A stretch of DNA of 64,000 nucleotides from an uncultured Fidelibacterota bacterium (lineage in GTDB: Bacteria; Fidelibacterota; Marinisomatia; Marinisomatales; UBA1611), in contig CAJWHW010000009.1 of assembly GCA_913040915.1 (NCBI GenBank), forward strand, positions 1 to 64,000. The letters are read 5' to 3'. Every line of letters starts with the position of its first letter. Within the stretch, counting starts at the first letter, position 1. Below are positions 20,443 to 31,250 of the stretch, in pieces. A program made the position numbers and the translations under genes. Under the pieces are notes generated by a model that was not told the origin of the DNA, ran no database searches, and worked only from the letters and a program-made list of their open reading frames with translations.

Positions 20443-21545
20443 TGCTGTATTATTTACTTACACCATTACAAGATTCAGTATCTTCATTGCGAATATTTGA
20501 ATATATTACCTTTCGTGCTGCATCTGCAGCAATAGTAGCACTCCTAGTAAGCTTCATCGTGGGACCCTGGGTTATCCACATACTACATAAAAACCAAATC
20601 GGCGAAGAAATTCGTCCGACAGGACCTGAATCTCACTTGAAAAAGAGGGGCACGCCAACAATGGGAGGAGTAATCATTTTAATGTCTGTACTCCTCCCGA
20701 CCCTCCTTTTTGCAAAGTTAAATAGTCCACTCATTCAAATTATCATTCTTTCAACTCTCTGGATGGGATTTTTCGGTTTCATAGATGATTACTTAAAAGT
20801 AGTTAAAAAACTGGAAAAGGGGTTAATTGCCCGCTACAAAATGGCAGGCCAAGTTGCATTAGGTTCTATTGTAAGCCTTTGGGTTCTGCAGTTACCAGAA
20901 TTTGCTGGATTCAATACAAAGACAACTATGCCTTTTTTAAAAAATGTAGAAATCGATTTAGGATTATTATACCCACTAGCAGTTGTACTTGTAATCACGG
21001 GTACTTCCAACGCAGTTAATCTTACAGATGGCCTTGATGGATTAGCAGCAGGACTCTTGGCAATATGTTTTATCGTTTTTTCTGCTATCGCCTATATTTC
21101 AGGTCGCATAGATTTTTCTGATTATCTAAACATCATCTATATTCCTAGTGCGGGAGAGCTGACCATTTTTACGGCAGCTATGGCCGGAGCCTGCATTGGT
21201 TATTTATGGTTCAATTCATCTCCGGCCGAAGTATTTATGGGAGATACCGGCTCCCTTTCTACCGGTGCAGCTTTGGGTACATTAGCCGTTTTACTAAAAA
21301 AGGAATTACTTCTCTTTATCATAGGTGGTGTTTTTGTTTGGGAAGCGATTTCAGTGATGATCCAGGTATCATATTACCGTTGGACAAAATCAAAAACAGG
21401 TAAAGGTGCAAGATTTTTTAGGATGGCTCCTATCCACCATCATTATGAATTAGCAGGTTGGCCCGAAACAAAAGTAGTAATTAGATTTTGGATCATTGGT
21501 CTTTTACTTGCCCTTTTTTCACTCACAACTTTTAAGATTAGATGA
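20442..21545 (+). CDS. mraY: Phospho-MurNAc-pentapeptide transferase
   Basis: KRGTPTMGG, NAVNLTDGLDGLA, FMGDTGS and MAPIHHHYE motifs. Confidence 0.97.
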   Translation: MLYYLLTPLQDSVSSLRIFEYITFRAASAAIVALLVSFIVGPWVIHILHKNQIGEEIRPTGPESHLKKRGTPTMGGVIILMSVLLPTLLFAKLNSPLIQIIILSTLWMGFFGFIDDYLKVVKKLEKGLIARYKMAGQVALGSIVSLWVLQLPEFAGFNTKTTMPFLKNVEIDLGLLYPLAVVLVITGTSNAVNLTDGLDGLAAGLLAICFIVFSAIAYISGRIDFSDYLNIIYIPSAGELTIFTAAMAGACIGYLWFNSSPAEVFMGDTGSLSTGAALGTLAVLLKKELLLFIIGGVFVWEAISVMIQVSYYRWTKSKTGKGARFFRMAPIHHHYELAGWPETKVVIRFWIIGLLLALFSLTTFKIR

Positions 21546-22924
21546 TAGATATTTCCAACAGAAATACAATTGATATCCGTGATAAAAATATCACAGTTAT
21601 CGGTCTTGGTTTAAGTGGAACTGCTTCAGCAAAATTAGCAAACCATTTAGGCGCTCGTGTTTTCGCGAGTGACCCTTCTGATAATTATCATATTTGCAAT
21701 AACGCAATGATGTTATTAGAACATCATATAGCCAGTGAGACTGGATTGCATTCAGATAAAATTTACGATTCGGAACTTTGGGTAATTTCTCCAGGTATTC
21801 CAAAAAATAGCCCAATAATACAAAAGGCACAGGAAATTGGCATACCTATTGTTAGTGAAATCGAATTTGCAAGTTGGTTTACAAATTCACCAATTATTGC
21901 AGTTACTGGATCAAATGGCAAAACTACAACTGTAAACATTTTATATAAAATGTGTCAGTCAGATAGAATCAATACACTTATGGCTGGTAATATAGGCATT
22001 CCATTCTCATCCCGTGTTTTGGATGAGCGAACTAATCCGAAAAAGAATTCAACCTACATACTCGAAATATCTAGCTTTCAGATGGAATTTGTTAAACACT
22101 TTCATCCAAAGATCGCTGTTTACACCAATTTATCTGCTGACCATTTAGATCGCCATGGCACAATGGATGAATATATTAATATGAAGTTGGAAATGGTAAA
22201 GAATATGGGACCTGGTGACCATATTGTCTATAATGCTGATGATCCACAACTCAATGTCCTATTTAAAGATAATAATACTAATTTAAAACCATTTAGTATC
22301 AGTCAGTCAGGTATGACCTATTCACTTGATTCAAAATATATAAATAGTGTTCATGGGGAAAAAATAATTGCATTGGAAGAAATTTCGTTGCATGGCCAGC
22401 ATAATTTATTGAACATTTTGGCTGCTGCAACAACATCCAACATCATGGGCATTTTAAATCAACAGATTGCTGATGTGATGAAAAATTTTACAGGCATCGA
22501 ACATCGATTAGAAAAAGTTGCAACCATCGATGGGATTATTTATATAAATGATTCAAAAGCTACAAATTTAGAATCTGTCAATGCTGCTATTGATAGTTTT
22601 GATATACCAATTATTTTGATCTTAGGTGGTCGAAATAAGGGTGCAGATTTTCGGCTACTCCTTCCACATATCAAGTCAAGTCATGTAAGAGACATTGTCT
22701 CTTATGGAGAGGCCGGTGAGCATATTCTCAATGCAATAGGGGATGCGGTTAGATCAGTGCAAGTCACGGATCTTAACTCTGCAGTTGAGAGAGCTCGAAC
22801 TCTGGCTACTCCCGGGGATGTTGTATTATTATCTCCGGGATGCGCCAGTTTTGATGAATTTTCAAATTTTGAAGAACGTGGAGAATATTTTAAATCAAGA
22901 GTTTTGAGGTTGAAAGACTTATGA
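21542..22924 (+). CDS. murD: UDP-MurNAc-L-Ala--D-Glu ligase
   Basis: GLGLSG, TGSNGKTTT, EISSFQ, NDSKATN and LSPGCASFDEF motifs. Confidence 0.95.
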   Translation: MIDISNRNTIDIRDKNITVIGLGLSGTASAKLANHLGARVFASDPSDNYHICNNAMMLLEHHIASETGLHSDKIYDSELWVISPGIPKNSPIIQKAQEIGIPIVSEIEFASWFTNSPIIAVTGSNGKTTTVNILYKMCQSDRINTLMAGNIGIPFSSRVLDERTNPKKNSTYILEISSFQMEFVKHFHPKIAVYTNLSADHLDRHGTMDEYINMKLEMVKNMGPGDHIVYNADDPQLNVLFKDNNTNLKPFSISQSGMTYSLDSKYINSVHGEKIIALEEISLHGQHNLLNILAAATTSNIMGILNQQIADVMKNFTGIEHRLEKVATIDGIIYINDSKATNLESVNAAIDSFDIPIILILGGRNKGADFRLLLPHIKSSHVRDIVSYGEAGEHILNAIGDAVRSVQVTDLNSAVERARTLATPGDVVLLSPGCASFDEFSNFEERGEYFKSRVLRLKDL

Positions 22925-24075
22925 TTGATATGATTATGCAGAGATACGATAGACAACTCTTGGGCTATCTTGGAGCCCTGGCTGTTATTGGTACAGTAAT
23001 GCTGTATAGTGCAAGTTGGTATGAGTCCTTTGCTAATTCAAATGGCAGAACAGATATGCTTTATTTGCAGGGTCATCTCAAACGTATGCTAGTTGGAATA
23101 TTTTTTCTTTTTGGATTTTTAGTTTTGGATTATCGACGTTTAAAAAGTTTTGCACCTCATTTTATTATAGCAGCTATAATACTACTGATAATAACTAAGG
23201 CATATTATTTATTCAACGGTTACGGTTGGTATAAACCAGCACGTTGGTTGTACATCGGTTCATTCTCAGTCCAAACATCAGATATTGCACGTATGGCAAT
23301 AATTATCTTTATCGCTTATTATATTGATAAGAAACGAGATCAAATCAAAGATTTTCAAATAGGGTTACTCCCTGCACTTTGTGTTATTGGGCTTACGATG
23401 GGCTTGATTGTTATTCAACCAGATTATAGTACTGCAATCATGATAGGTTTAATAGGTGCATTAATCCTTTTCATAGGAGGTGCAAAAATTTCCCATTTAT
23501 CCTTTACTGGGGCTAGCGCTCTATTAATAGGAATACCTGTTCTATTATCCAGAGAATATAGAAGAGATAGAATTTTTTCATATTTAGGCATAGGAGATTC
23601 TTCGGATATTGGTTATCAAGCAAGTCAATCGTTAATTAGCCTTGGGAATGGTGGAATTCTTGGTGTTGGACTTGGCAATAGCATTGAGAAAAATCATTTT
23701 CTTCCTACACCACATACTGATTTTATTTTTGCAATCATTGGTGAAGAACTGGGATTTGTATTTGGAACCGTACCCGTATTGACACTGTTCTTATTGATTT
23801 TTTTCCGTGGATTAAAAGTTGCAAAAGAATGTACTGATCCTTTTGGAGTTTTCCTTGCCGTTGGTATTTCATTCAATCTTATTTTATATGCATTTGTAAA
23901 TGCTGCAGTCGTTACAGGCATATTTCCCGTTACCGGTTTACCTATGCCAATGGTTAGCTATGGCGGTTCTGGTATGGTTATCAATATGGGTATGATTGGA
24001 ATTCTTTTAAATATATCACAAGCAAGGCGATCTGTGGGAGGAAATCGCGGTTGGAGTCCAGTATTATATGGTTAA
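22921..24075 (+). CDS. ftsW: SEDS peptidoglycan polymerase FtsW
   Basis: Multi-TM protein with QPDYST, HTDFIFAIIGEELG and PMVSYGGS motifs. Confidence 0.93.
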   Translation: MIDMIMQRYDRQLLGYLGALAVIGTVMLYSASWYESFANSNGRTDMLYLQGHLKRMLVGIFFLFGFLVLDYRRLKSFAPHFIIAAIILLIITKAYYLFNGYGWYKPARWLYIGSFSVQTSDIARMAIIIFIAYYIDKKRDQIKDFQIGLLPALCVIGLTMGLIVIQPDYSTAIMIGLIGALILFIGGAKISHLSFTGASALLIGIPVLLSREYRRDRIFSYLGIGDSSDIGYQASQSLISLGNGGILGVGLGNSIEKNHFLPTPHTDFIFAIIGEELGFVFGTVPVLTLFLLIFFRGLKVAKECTDPFGVFLAVGISFNLILYAFVNAAVVTGIFPVTGLPMPMVSYGGSGMVINMGMIGILLNISQARRSVGGNRGWSPVLYG

Positions 24076-25168
24076 TAGAAAAATACTCATAGCGGGTGGT
24101 GGAACCGGCGGTCACCTTTTTCCTGCTTTAGCAATTGGTGAAGAAATTCACCGTCGTGAACCAGATGCAAAGATTCATTATGTAGGTTCTAATTTTGGGT
24201 TGGAAGCCAGAGTTTTTCCTGTAAAAGATGTTTTGCATACCTTACTTCCAATCCGTGGATTACAACGTGGAATAAGTCTAAAAAGCTTTGGGCGTAACAT
24301 ATTACTTCCTGGGCGGATTATTCGTTCGATGTTCAAAATAAGATCTTTATTTAATGAATTTTTACCAGATGTTGTAGTAGGGACTGGCGGTTATGCTGCA
24401 GCTCTTCCCTTGTACATGGCATTAATGAAAGAAAAACCATTACCAATCATCCTACAAGAACAAAACTCATTTCCTGGAATAACAACACGTTGGTTCGCCC
24501 AAAAGGCAAAATCAATTTGTGTTGGTTTTTCTGAAACCAATGAACACTTAGAATTTGAAACTAATTTAACAGGTAATCCAGTTCGCCATGGAATTGATAA
24601 CGGAAATCGAGAAAATGGAATTAAAAATTACAGGTTTGAAAAAGATCATCGGACTATTCTCTTATTTGGCGGCAGTCAGGGATCAGCTTATTTAAATAAA
24701 ATGATGGACCATGTAGCATCCAATATAGCTGGAGCAGGAATTCAGTTACTGTGGCAAACAGGTGAATTAGAATACAATAAATATAAGCATAGAGAAACAA
24801 ATAATATTCGCTTGGTACCATTCATTCATAACATGGCAGATGTCTATGCCATGGCTGATCTGATTATTTGCAGGAGCGGAGCCCTTACTTTAGCAGAAAT
24901 AACTGTGTGCGGTAAACCTAGTATTTTAGTCCCCTTTCCTTTTGCTGCTGCAGATCACCAAACTAAAAATGCGCAAGCTTTAGTGAATGCAGGTGCGGCG
25001 CGTATCTTATTTGAAAAATCACTTAATCCACAAGATTTTTTCCATTCTGTTATGAATTTAATTCATGATAGCAAGGGGTTGGATAAAATGAGTTATGCTT
25101 CAAAGAACTTGGGAAGACCCGATGCAACCAGAAAAATAGTGGATCATATTTTTGAGGCATCCATATGA
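24068..25168 (+). CDS. murG: Lipid II GlcNAc transferase
   Basis: AGGGTGGHLFP, GGSQG, RSGALT and DHQTKNA motifs. Confidence 0.96.
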   Translation: MVNRKILIAGGGTGGHLFPALAIGEEIHRREPDAKIHYVGSNFGLEARVFPVKDVLHTLLPIRGLQRGISLKSFGRNILLPGRIIRSMFKIRSLFNEFLPDVVVGTGGYAAALPLYMALMKEKPLPIILQEQNSFPGITTRWFAQKAKSICVGFSETNEHLEFETNLTGNPVRHGIDNGNRENGIKNYRFEKDHRTILLFGGSQGSAYLNKMMDHVASNIAGAGIQLLWQTGELEYNKYKHRETNNIRLVPFIHNMADVYAMADLIICRSGALTLAEITVCGKPSILVPFPFAAADHQTKNAQALVNAGAARILFEKSLNPQDFFHSVMNLIHDSKGLDKMSYASKNLGRPDATRKIVDHIFEASI

Positions 25169-26556
25169 CATTTAGAAAGATTGATAAAGTTTATTTTGTT
25201 GGTATTGGCGGCATTGGAATGAGTGGTATTGCTGAACTTCTATTTAATTTAGGATTTCAAGTTTCCGGTTCCGATATGAATAAAAATGATAACGTTAAAA
25301 GGCTTAAACAGCTAGGAATTAATATAAAAATTGGCCATGACCCAAATAATTTAGCTGACCCTGACATTTTAGTCTATTCTAGTGCAGTTCCACTTGAAAA
25401 CCCTGAAATCATTAAAGCACGACAAAAAGGTATTCCTATAATACGTCGAGCAGAAATGTTAGGAGAATTAATTAATTTAAAAGAAACTAGTATTGCAGTC
25501 GCTGGTACCCATGGAAAAACTACAACATCTTCAATGATTGGAACAATCTTATCCCATGCAAAGATAGATCCTACTCTTGTGGTAGGCGGTTTAGTCCAAA
25601 ATTTAAATACTAATTCAAAATTAGGTTCAGGGAAAATTATTGTAGTAGAAGCAGACGAATATGATAGAAGCTTTTTAGCTATGAGACCCACAATAGGAAT
25701 TGTTACTAATGTGGAATTAGAACATACTGATTGCTATGAAAATTTAGATGACTTAAAAAATGCCTTTACCCAGTTTTGTCAATCAGTACCTTTTTATGGT
25801 GAAATAATTGTTTGTGTGGATTCACCAGCAGTTCAAGAACTTTTACCTAATATTGAAAGGCCCATGACCACCTATGGACGGTCAAGGGATGCGGCCTACC
25901 GAGCGGAAAACCTACGATTTCATGAAAATAGTTCCACATACACTGTTTTTCGCGCGGAGGATAGCCTTGGAGAAATTCAGCTAAATGTTCCTGGTGAACA
26001 TAATGTAATGAACTCCTTGGCAGCCGTTGTTTTAGGTTTGGAAATGGGCCTTTCTTTCAAACAAATTCAAAGTGGCATAGCAACGTATCAAGGAGTGCGT
26101 CGTCGCTTCGATATAAAAGGCATTTACCAGAGCGTGATGATTGTTGATGATTATGCTCACCATCCAACGGAAGTTGAAGCAACCTTGAAAGCAGCAAAAA
26201 GTGGGTGGGATCGGCGTATTGTTGCTGTATTCCAGCCTCATCTTTTTAGCCGGACACAAGAATTTTTTAGAGAATTTTCCTCTGCACTTAGAATATCAGA
26301 CCTTGTCATTATTACCGATATTTATCCTGCCAGAGAAAAGCCAATTCCAGGGATTACCGCAAAACTTATTTTTAATGAATATAATAATAAATCAAAAAAC
26401 AATTGTTACTACGTCCCGGACTTAGATGATTTAGAAAGTACTCTTGATGATATTATTCAGCCAAATGATATGGTAATAACCATGGGTGCAGGGAATATTT
26501 GGCGTTATAGTGAATCTTATGCTAAGCATTTAAAATCATTGAATGTAGGAGTATAA
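25165..26556 (+). CDS. murC: UDP-MurNAc--L-Ala ligase
   Basis: GIGGIGMSG, GTHGKTTT, EADEYD and DDYAHHPTE motifs. Confidence 0.96.
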   Translation: MTFRKIDKVYFVGIGGIGMSGIAELLFNLGFQVSGSDMNKNDNVKRLKQLGINIKIGHDPNNLADPDILVYSSAVPLENPEIIKARQKGIPIIRRAEMLGELINLKETSIAVAGTHGKTTTSSMIGTILSHAKIDPTLVVGGLVQNLNTNSKLGSGKIIVVEADEYDRSFLAMRPTIGIVTNVELEHTDCYENLDDLKNAFTQFCQSVPFYGEIIVCVDSPAVQELLPNIERPMTTYGRSRDAAYRAENLRFHENSSTYTVFRAEDSLGEIQLNVPGEHNVMNSLAAVVLGLEMGLSFKQIQSGIATYQGVRRRFDIKGIYQSVMIVDDYAHHPTEVEATLKAAKSGWDRRIVAVFQPHLFSRTQEFFREFSSALRISDLVIITDIYPAREKPIPGITAKLIFNEYNNKSKNNCYYVPDLDDLESTLDDIIQPNDMVITMGAGNIWRYSESYAKHLKSLNVGV

Positions 26557-26558
26557 GG

Positions 26559-27485
26559 TTGGAAAATATGGTAGAATTAAGAAAAATAGTTCAGGGAACT
26601 CTGCTTGAAAATGAGCCCATGTCTCTCCATACTTCCTACGGTATTGGAGGGCCTGCCAAAGCTTATATAACTCCCAAAGATCGGCAGGATCTCGCAGAAA
26701 TTTTAAAATTCGCATATAAAAACAATATCGAAACCCATTTTGTAGGGTCTGGATCGAATTTGCTTGTTTCCGATTCTGGAATTAAAGGTATCGTAATTAG
26801 CCCTGCAAAAGCATTGACAAATTTAGAATTTGATGGTGAAGCTCTTATCTCTGAATCTGGTGTAATGTTAGGAAGAATAGTCAAAGAGTGTATCAAGCGA
26901 AATCTCAGCGGATTAGAAAGTTTAATCGGTGTGCCCGGTACACTAGGAGGTGCTCTAGTGATGAATGCGGGAGCATTTGGAGGAGAAATTTCTAATTATC
27001 TGATATCAGTAGAGATAATGAATATGTCCGGTACAATTAATAACTACTACCCTGGCGATATTGATTTTGCTTATCGATTCTCTACAATTAGGTCAGATGA
27101 ATTTGTTTTATTGGCACGATTTAAATTGAAAACCGAAGATCCTGTGATCATTCAGAAAAAAAGAAATAAAGCAAGCAAAGGCAGAAAAACAAATCAGCCT
27201 CTCAAATTCCGGTCTGCAGGCAGTGTTTTTAAAAACCCAAAGGATTTTGCTGCAGGATATTTGATTGACCAAGCAGGATTAAAGGGATCTCGTATTGGTG
27301 ACGCTGAAATTTCACCACACCACGCAAATTTTTTCATTAATCATGGGAATGCAAAATCTTCAGATATTGCTGCATTAATTCGTTTAGCAAAACAAATAGT
27401 ATTTGAAAAGTTTGGAATTGAATTAGAATTAGAAATCAAAACAATTGGTTTTGACTCTAAGGAATTAGAAGCAGATGAAACGTAA
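26559..27485 (+). CDS. murB: UDP-N-acetylmuramate dehydrogenase
   Basis: GIGGPA, GSGSNLL, MNAGAFG, SAGSVFKNP and HANF motifs. Confidence 0.95.
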   Translation: MENMVELRKIVQGTLLENEPMSLHTSYGIGGPAKAYITPKDRQDLAEILKFAYKNNIETHFVGSGSNLLVSDSGIKGIVISPAKALTNLEFDGEALISESGVMLGRIVKECIKRNLSGLESLIGVPGTLGGALVMNAGAFGGEISNYLISVEIMNMSGTINNYYPGDIDFAYRFSTIRSDEFVLLARFKLKTEDPVIIQKKRNKASKGRKTNQPLKFRSAGSVFKNPKDFAAGYLIDQAGLKGSRIGDAEISPHHANFFINHGNAKSSDIAALIRLAKQIVFEKFGIELELEIKTIGFDSKELEADET

Positions 27486-28242
27486 GAAAAAACAACATTT
27501 CAACTGGAATATACTAATTATTGATACAATTATTTTTTCAATTGTTGTAGGATTGATCTGGACTTCATTTTGGTGGTCAGGGTTTAAAAATTCTTTAGCA
27601 ATCAATAAAATAAAATTTGGTGAGACATCTATTTTAAATGAATCAGTTTATAATTCTACATTAGGAGAAATTGAAGGTATACATCCTTCCAATATCGATA
27701 TCAAAAATATAAGTGAATTATTAGAAGATCATCCTTATGTGAAGGCGGCGCGTGTCAGTCATCGGTATCCAGGTACTATACAAATAGAAATTGAGGAAAG
27801 GGAACCGATTGCACTTCTAAAATCTGATCCAATGATTATGCTTGATCAAGATGGGTATGTTCTTCCTGATTTAAATAATCTACAAAATTTCAATCTTCCC
27901 ATTTTAACAAATTTTAATCCGGATCTTGAATTGTATCCCATAGGAAAAAAAGCACTGTCTGTAAAAGTTAACGAATGTATAATATCGCTTGCGTGGATTA
28001 AGCAAGATTATGAACCGCTCTTTGATAATCTATCTGAATTGAAAATATCTGAAAACAACGAAATAGAACTTATTTTAGCTGATCAACCTACTCAAATTTT
28101 TCTCGGTGAAAATGAATTAGGATCCAGAATAAAAATTCTGAAACAATTTGAAGTAGAATTAGGCACGAAAAAAATATCAGATTTTAGTTATTTGGATATG
28201 CGTTATAAAAACCAAATTATTGTTAAAGGAAGACGATCATGA
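27475..28242 (+). CDS. ftsQ: Cell division protein FtsQ/DivIB
   Basis: TM helix, POTRA domain (HPYVKAARVS..PGTIQIEIEEREP) and C-terminal YLDMRY; syntenic position. Confidence 0.88.
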   Translation: MKRKKKQHFNWNILIIDTIIFSIVVGLIWTSFWWSGFKNSLAINKIKFGETSILNESVYNSTLGEIEGIHPSNIDIKNISELLEDHPYVKAARVSHRYPGTIQIEIEEREPIALLKSDPMIMLDQDGYVLPDLNNLQNFNLPILTNFNPDLELYPIGKKALSVKVNECIISLAWIKQDYEPLFDNLSELKISENNEIELILADQPTQIFLGENELGSRIKILKQFEVELGTKKISDFSYLDMRYKNQIIVKGRRS

Positions 28243-29516
28243 GACCAATTGGGAATGGACAAGATCGTCAGATTACTGTTGGAATAGATATAGGATCTAG
28301 TACTATCACCTGCGCCATTGGTATGGTAATTCATGAATCTAAACGAGTTAAATTATTGGGAATTGCATCAACACCATCTGCAGGAATTCGAAGAGGGACA
28401 ATCACCAATAGAGATGAATTAATTACTAAACTGGATAATACGTTAACTGAAGCAGAATTAATGGCAAATATGAAAGTTACCAGTGCTATTCTTTCGATTA
28501 CAGGTGATCATATACGCTGTTTAAATACACAAGCTGCCATCGCATTAAACCGAACTAGCGCAGGAACGGGCGGAATTATGGAACGGGTTATCAATGAAAC
28601 AGATATTTTTCAAGTACTAGATTTAGCTCAAGCTGTTTCTCTGCCAATTGATAGGGATATTTTACACACTCTCCCTCAGGAATATTTGGTAGATACTTTA
28701 GAAGAAATTAAAAACCCTATTGGGATGACTGGACGTAGATTAGAAGGTAGAGTGCATTTAGTTACTGCTGCTACAACTGGAATGAATAATTTAGTTAACT
28801 GTGTTGAAGAGTTAGGAATCACTGTCGCCGGTTTAGTTTTCCAACCTCTAGCATCAGCAATGGCTACTCTCCGTGGTGATGAGATAGAATTGGGTGTCAC
28901 ACTCGTTGAAATTGGATCATCTTCAACCAACATTGCTGTTTACCATGGCAGTGCGGTTCGACATTCCGCCACTATACCAATTGGTTCAGCAAGTATTACC
29001 CATGATATAGCAGTTATGCTTCAAATCAGTATAGAAGAAGCAGAAAATATTAAGATAAAGTATACATCTGCTCGCTCTTCTATGTCGTCATCTAAACTAG
29101 AAATTGACCTGCCTACTCGAGCCGGTCAATTGGAACGAGCTGTTCCTGAACAAGAAGTTTCCAGATATGTTGAAGCACGTATGCAAGAAATATTTCAAAT
29201 GGTCATTCGCGAGATTTCTCGAGCAGATATTAAAGATCCACTGACATATGGAATTGTATTGACTGGCGGTGGTGCACAATTGAGAAATATTGTATCACTA
29301 GCAGAAAATTCTCTTGGCGTTAAAGTTCGTCAAGGAAAACCCATAAAAATTGACGGTGCCCAGGATATTGCGGATGGGCCAAGTTATTCTACAGCCATGG
29401 GGCTTCTACTTTGGCCATTGTACGCAACAGACCATGTTCGGTTGCAACAACCAAAAAATGGAGGAATCTCAGGGCTATTCAAAAAAATTCGACATACCAT
29501 CGAAGACATGTTTTAA
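28239..29516 (+). CDS. ftsA: Cell division protein FtsA
   Basis: GIDIGSS and VLTGGGAQL motifs with a C-terminal amphipathic helix. Confidence 0.95.
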   Translation: MRPIGNGQDRQITVGIDIGSSTITCAIGMVIHESKRVKLLGIASTPSAGIRRGTITNRDELITKLDNTLTEAELMANMKVTSAILSITGDHIRCLNTQAAIALNRTSAGTGGIMERVINETDIFQVLDLAQAVSLPIDRDILHTLPQEYLVDTLEEIKNPIGMTGRRLEGRVHLVTAATTGMNNLVNCVEELGITVAGLVFQPLASAMATLRGDEIELGVTLVEIGSSSTNIAVYHGSAVRHSATIPIGSASITHDIAVMLQISIEEAENIKIKYTSARSSMSSSKLEIDLPTRAGQLERAVPEQEVSRYVEARMQEIFQMVIREISRADIKDPLTYGIVLTGGGAQLRNIVSLAENSLGVKVRQGKPIKIDGAQDIADGPSYSTAMGLLLWPLYATDHVRLQQPKNGGISGLFKKIRHTIEDMF

Positions 29517-29546
29517 CCAAACCAGTAATAAATAAGGAGGAATATC

Positions 29547-30761
29547 ATGCTGTTTGAGTTTGATAGTCTATCTGAACAGAAAGCGAAACTAAAAGTTGTC
29601 GGAGTTGGCGGCGCAGGTGGGAATGCAGTTACCCGAATGATCACATCTGGAATGCAAGGTGTAGATTTCATTGCCATAAACACCGATGCCCAGGACTTAG
29701 ATAATAATCCATCAGAAAATAAAATACAAGTTGGTAAAAATCTGACAAAAGGATTAGGTGCTGGAGCAAATTCCAGTGTTGGCAAAGAAGCCATCGAAGC
29801 AGATCGTGATGCTATTATCACTATGCTTGATGGTGCGGACATGGTTTTCATTACAGGAGGAATGGGTGGCGGTACCGGTACAGGTGCAGCACCTGTTATT
29901 TCTCAAATATCTAGAGAATTAGGTATTTTAACTGTGGGAATTGTTACTCTACCATTCAGTTTTGAAGGTCCAAAAAGAATGAACCGTGCCTTGGAAGGCA
30001 TGGCTGAAATGAAAAAAGCCTGCGATACAGTTATTGCAATACCGAATCAAAAACTGATGTCTATCGTAGATAAATCCACTACACTTCCTGAAGCCTTTCA
30101 AATGGCGGATACTATACTCCATCATGCAGCGAAAGGGATATCCGATTTGATTAATGTCCACGGTGTAATTAACTTAGATTTTGCAGATGTGGAAACCATT
30201 ATGAAAAATATGGGTGAAGCAATTATGGGGACCGGTGTTGCATCTGGTGAAGAACGGGCTGTATTGGCAGCACAACAAGCCATATCTAGCCCACTGCTTG
30301 ATGATGCATCCATAAAAGGTGCGCAAGGTGTTTTGGTAAACATCACTGGCGGAAATGACCTAACATTAATGGAAGCTAATGAAGCCACTAGCATCATTTT
30401 TGAAGAAGCTGGCCCTTCCGCTAATATTATTTTTGGTGCTGTTATTGATCCTAATATGACGGATGAGATTCGCGTTACAGTAATTGCAACTGGTTTTAAT
30501 ATGCCAAAAGCTATTACTAAAGTAGAGAATCTTGAAAAGAAAACAGAAACAAGAACACCTATTCTCTCTCACACGCGTGAATTACAAGATAGAGAAAATA
30601 AACCTCTCCATGCCCAAAAAGAAAATAATGAACAAGAGTTACCTACTGAAACTGAAAAACCAAAACCAGCATTAACTTTTGATGCAACAAAGGAAGCGCC
30701 GGTAATTTACGGTAAGGATCTACAGATACCTGCTTTTATTAGAAGGCAACATGATTCATGA
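29547..30761 (+). CDS. ftsZ: Cell division protein FtsZ
   Basis: GGMGGGTGTG tubulin motif, NLDFADV and C-terminal IPAFIRRQ. AGGAGG RBS upstream. Confidence 0.98.
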   Translation: MLFEFDSLSEQKAKLKVVGVGGAGGNAVTRMITSGMQGVDFIAINTDAQDLDNNPSENKIQVGKNLTKGLGAGANSSVGKEAIEADRDAIITMLDGADMVFITGGMGGGTGTGAAPVISQISRELGILTVGIVTLPFSFEGPKRMNRALEGMAEMKKACDTVIAIPNQKLMSIVDKSTTLPEAFQMADTILHHAAKGISDLINVHGVINLDFADVETIMKNMGEAIMGTGVASGEERAVLAAQQAISSPLLDDASIKGAQGVLVNITGGNDLTLMEANEATSIIFEEAGPSANIIFGAVIDPNMTDEIRVTVIATGFNMPKAITKVENLEKKTETRTPILSHTRELQDRENKPLHAQKENNEQELPTETEKPKPALTFDATKEAPVIYGKDLQIPAFIRRQHDS

Positions 30762-30834
30762 TTAATGCTATTTGACCGTCAGTTTAAAAAAGGTTTATAA
30801 ATAAAAAGACTTCTTTATTTTTTAGAGGCTTTAC

Positions 30835-30866
30835 AAAAAAAAGCTCTCTGAATACCAGAGAGCTTT
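30835..30866 (-). terminator. Rho-independent terminator for rpmB (possibly bidirectional)
   Basis: Perfect hairpin AAAGCTCTCTG-aatac-CAGAGAGCTTT (30840-30866). The A-tract at 30835-30842 gives a U-tail on the minus strand. Confidence 0.85.
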
Positions 30867-30895
30867 AGAATATGAGAATTTATAAATTAAGAGAG

Positions 30896-31132
30896 TTAGA
30901 CCTTAACACCTTTAGTTCTTAATTCATTTACAACCCTTGTGATACCTTTCTTATCAATAATACGCATTCCGCGCGTAGACAAGCGTAGGGTAACATATCG
31001 CTTCTCATCCGGAAGCCAAAATCTTTTCCTTTGTAGATTAATATTAAACCGACGTCTACTTTTATTATGTGCGTGACTCACATTATTTCCGAACATCGGC
31101 TTTTTCCCCGTTACATCACATACTCTGCTCAT
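30896..31132 (-). CDS. rpmB: 50S ribosomal protein L28
   Basis: [29 protein letters not shown]. Confidence 0.97.
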   Translation of the reverse strand: MSRVCDVTGKKPMFGNNVSHAHNKSRRRFNINLQRKRFWLPDEKRYVTLRLSTRGMRIIDKKGITRVVNELRTKGVKV

Positions 31133-31250
31133 GATAATTCTCTTTTTATTTAAAATAAAGACCTGAAATAAAGCCGGAAAAATTAGTTATCTAATCTATT
31201 ATTTCATAAATTTATTTTGATAGTTAAATAGTGATTATTTATATAAATAT

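Noticed and set aside
26556..27485. No ddl gene in the dcw cluster
   Set aside because: ddl is often located elsewhere in FCB-group genomes, so its absence from one window is not informative.
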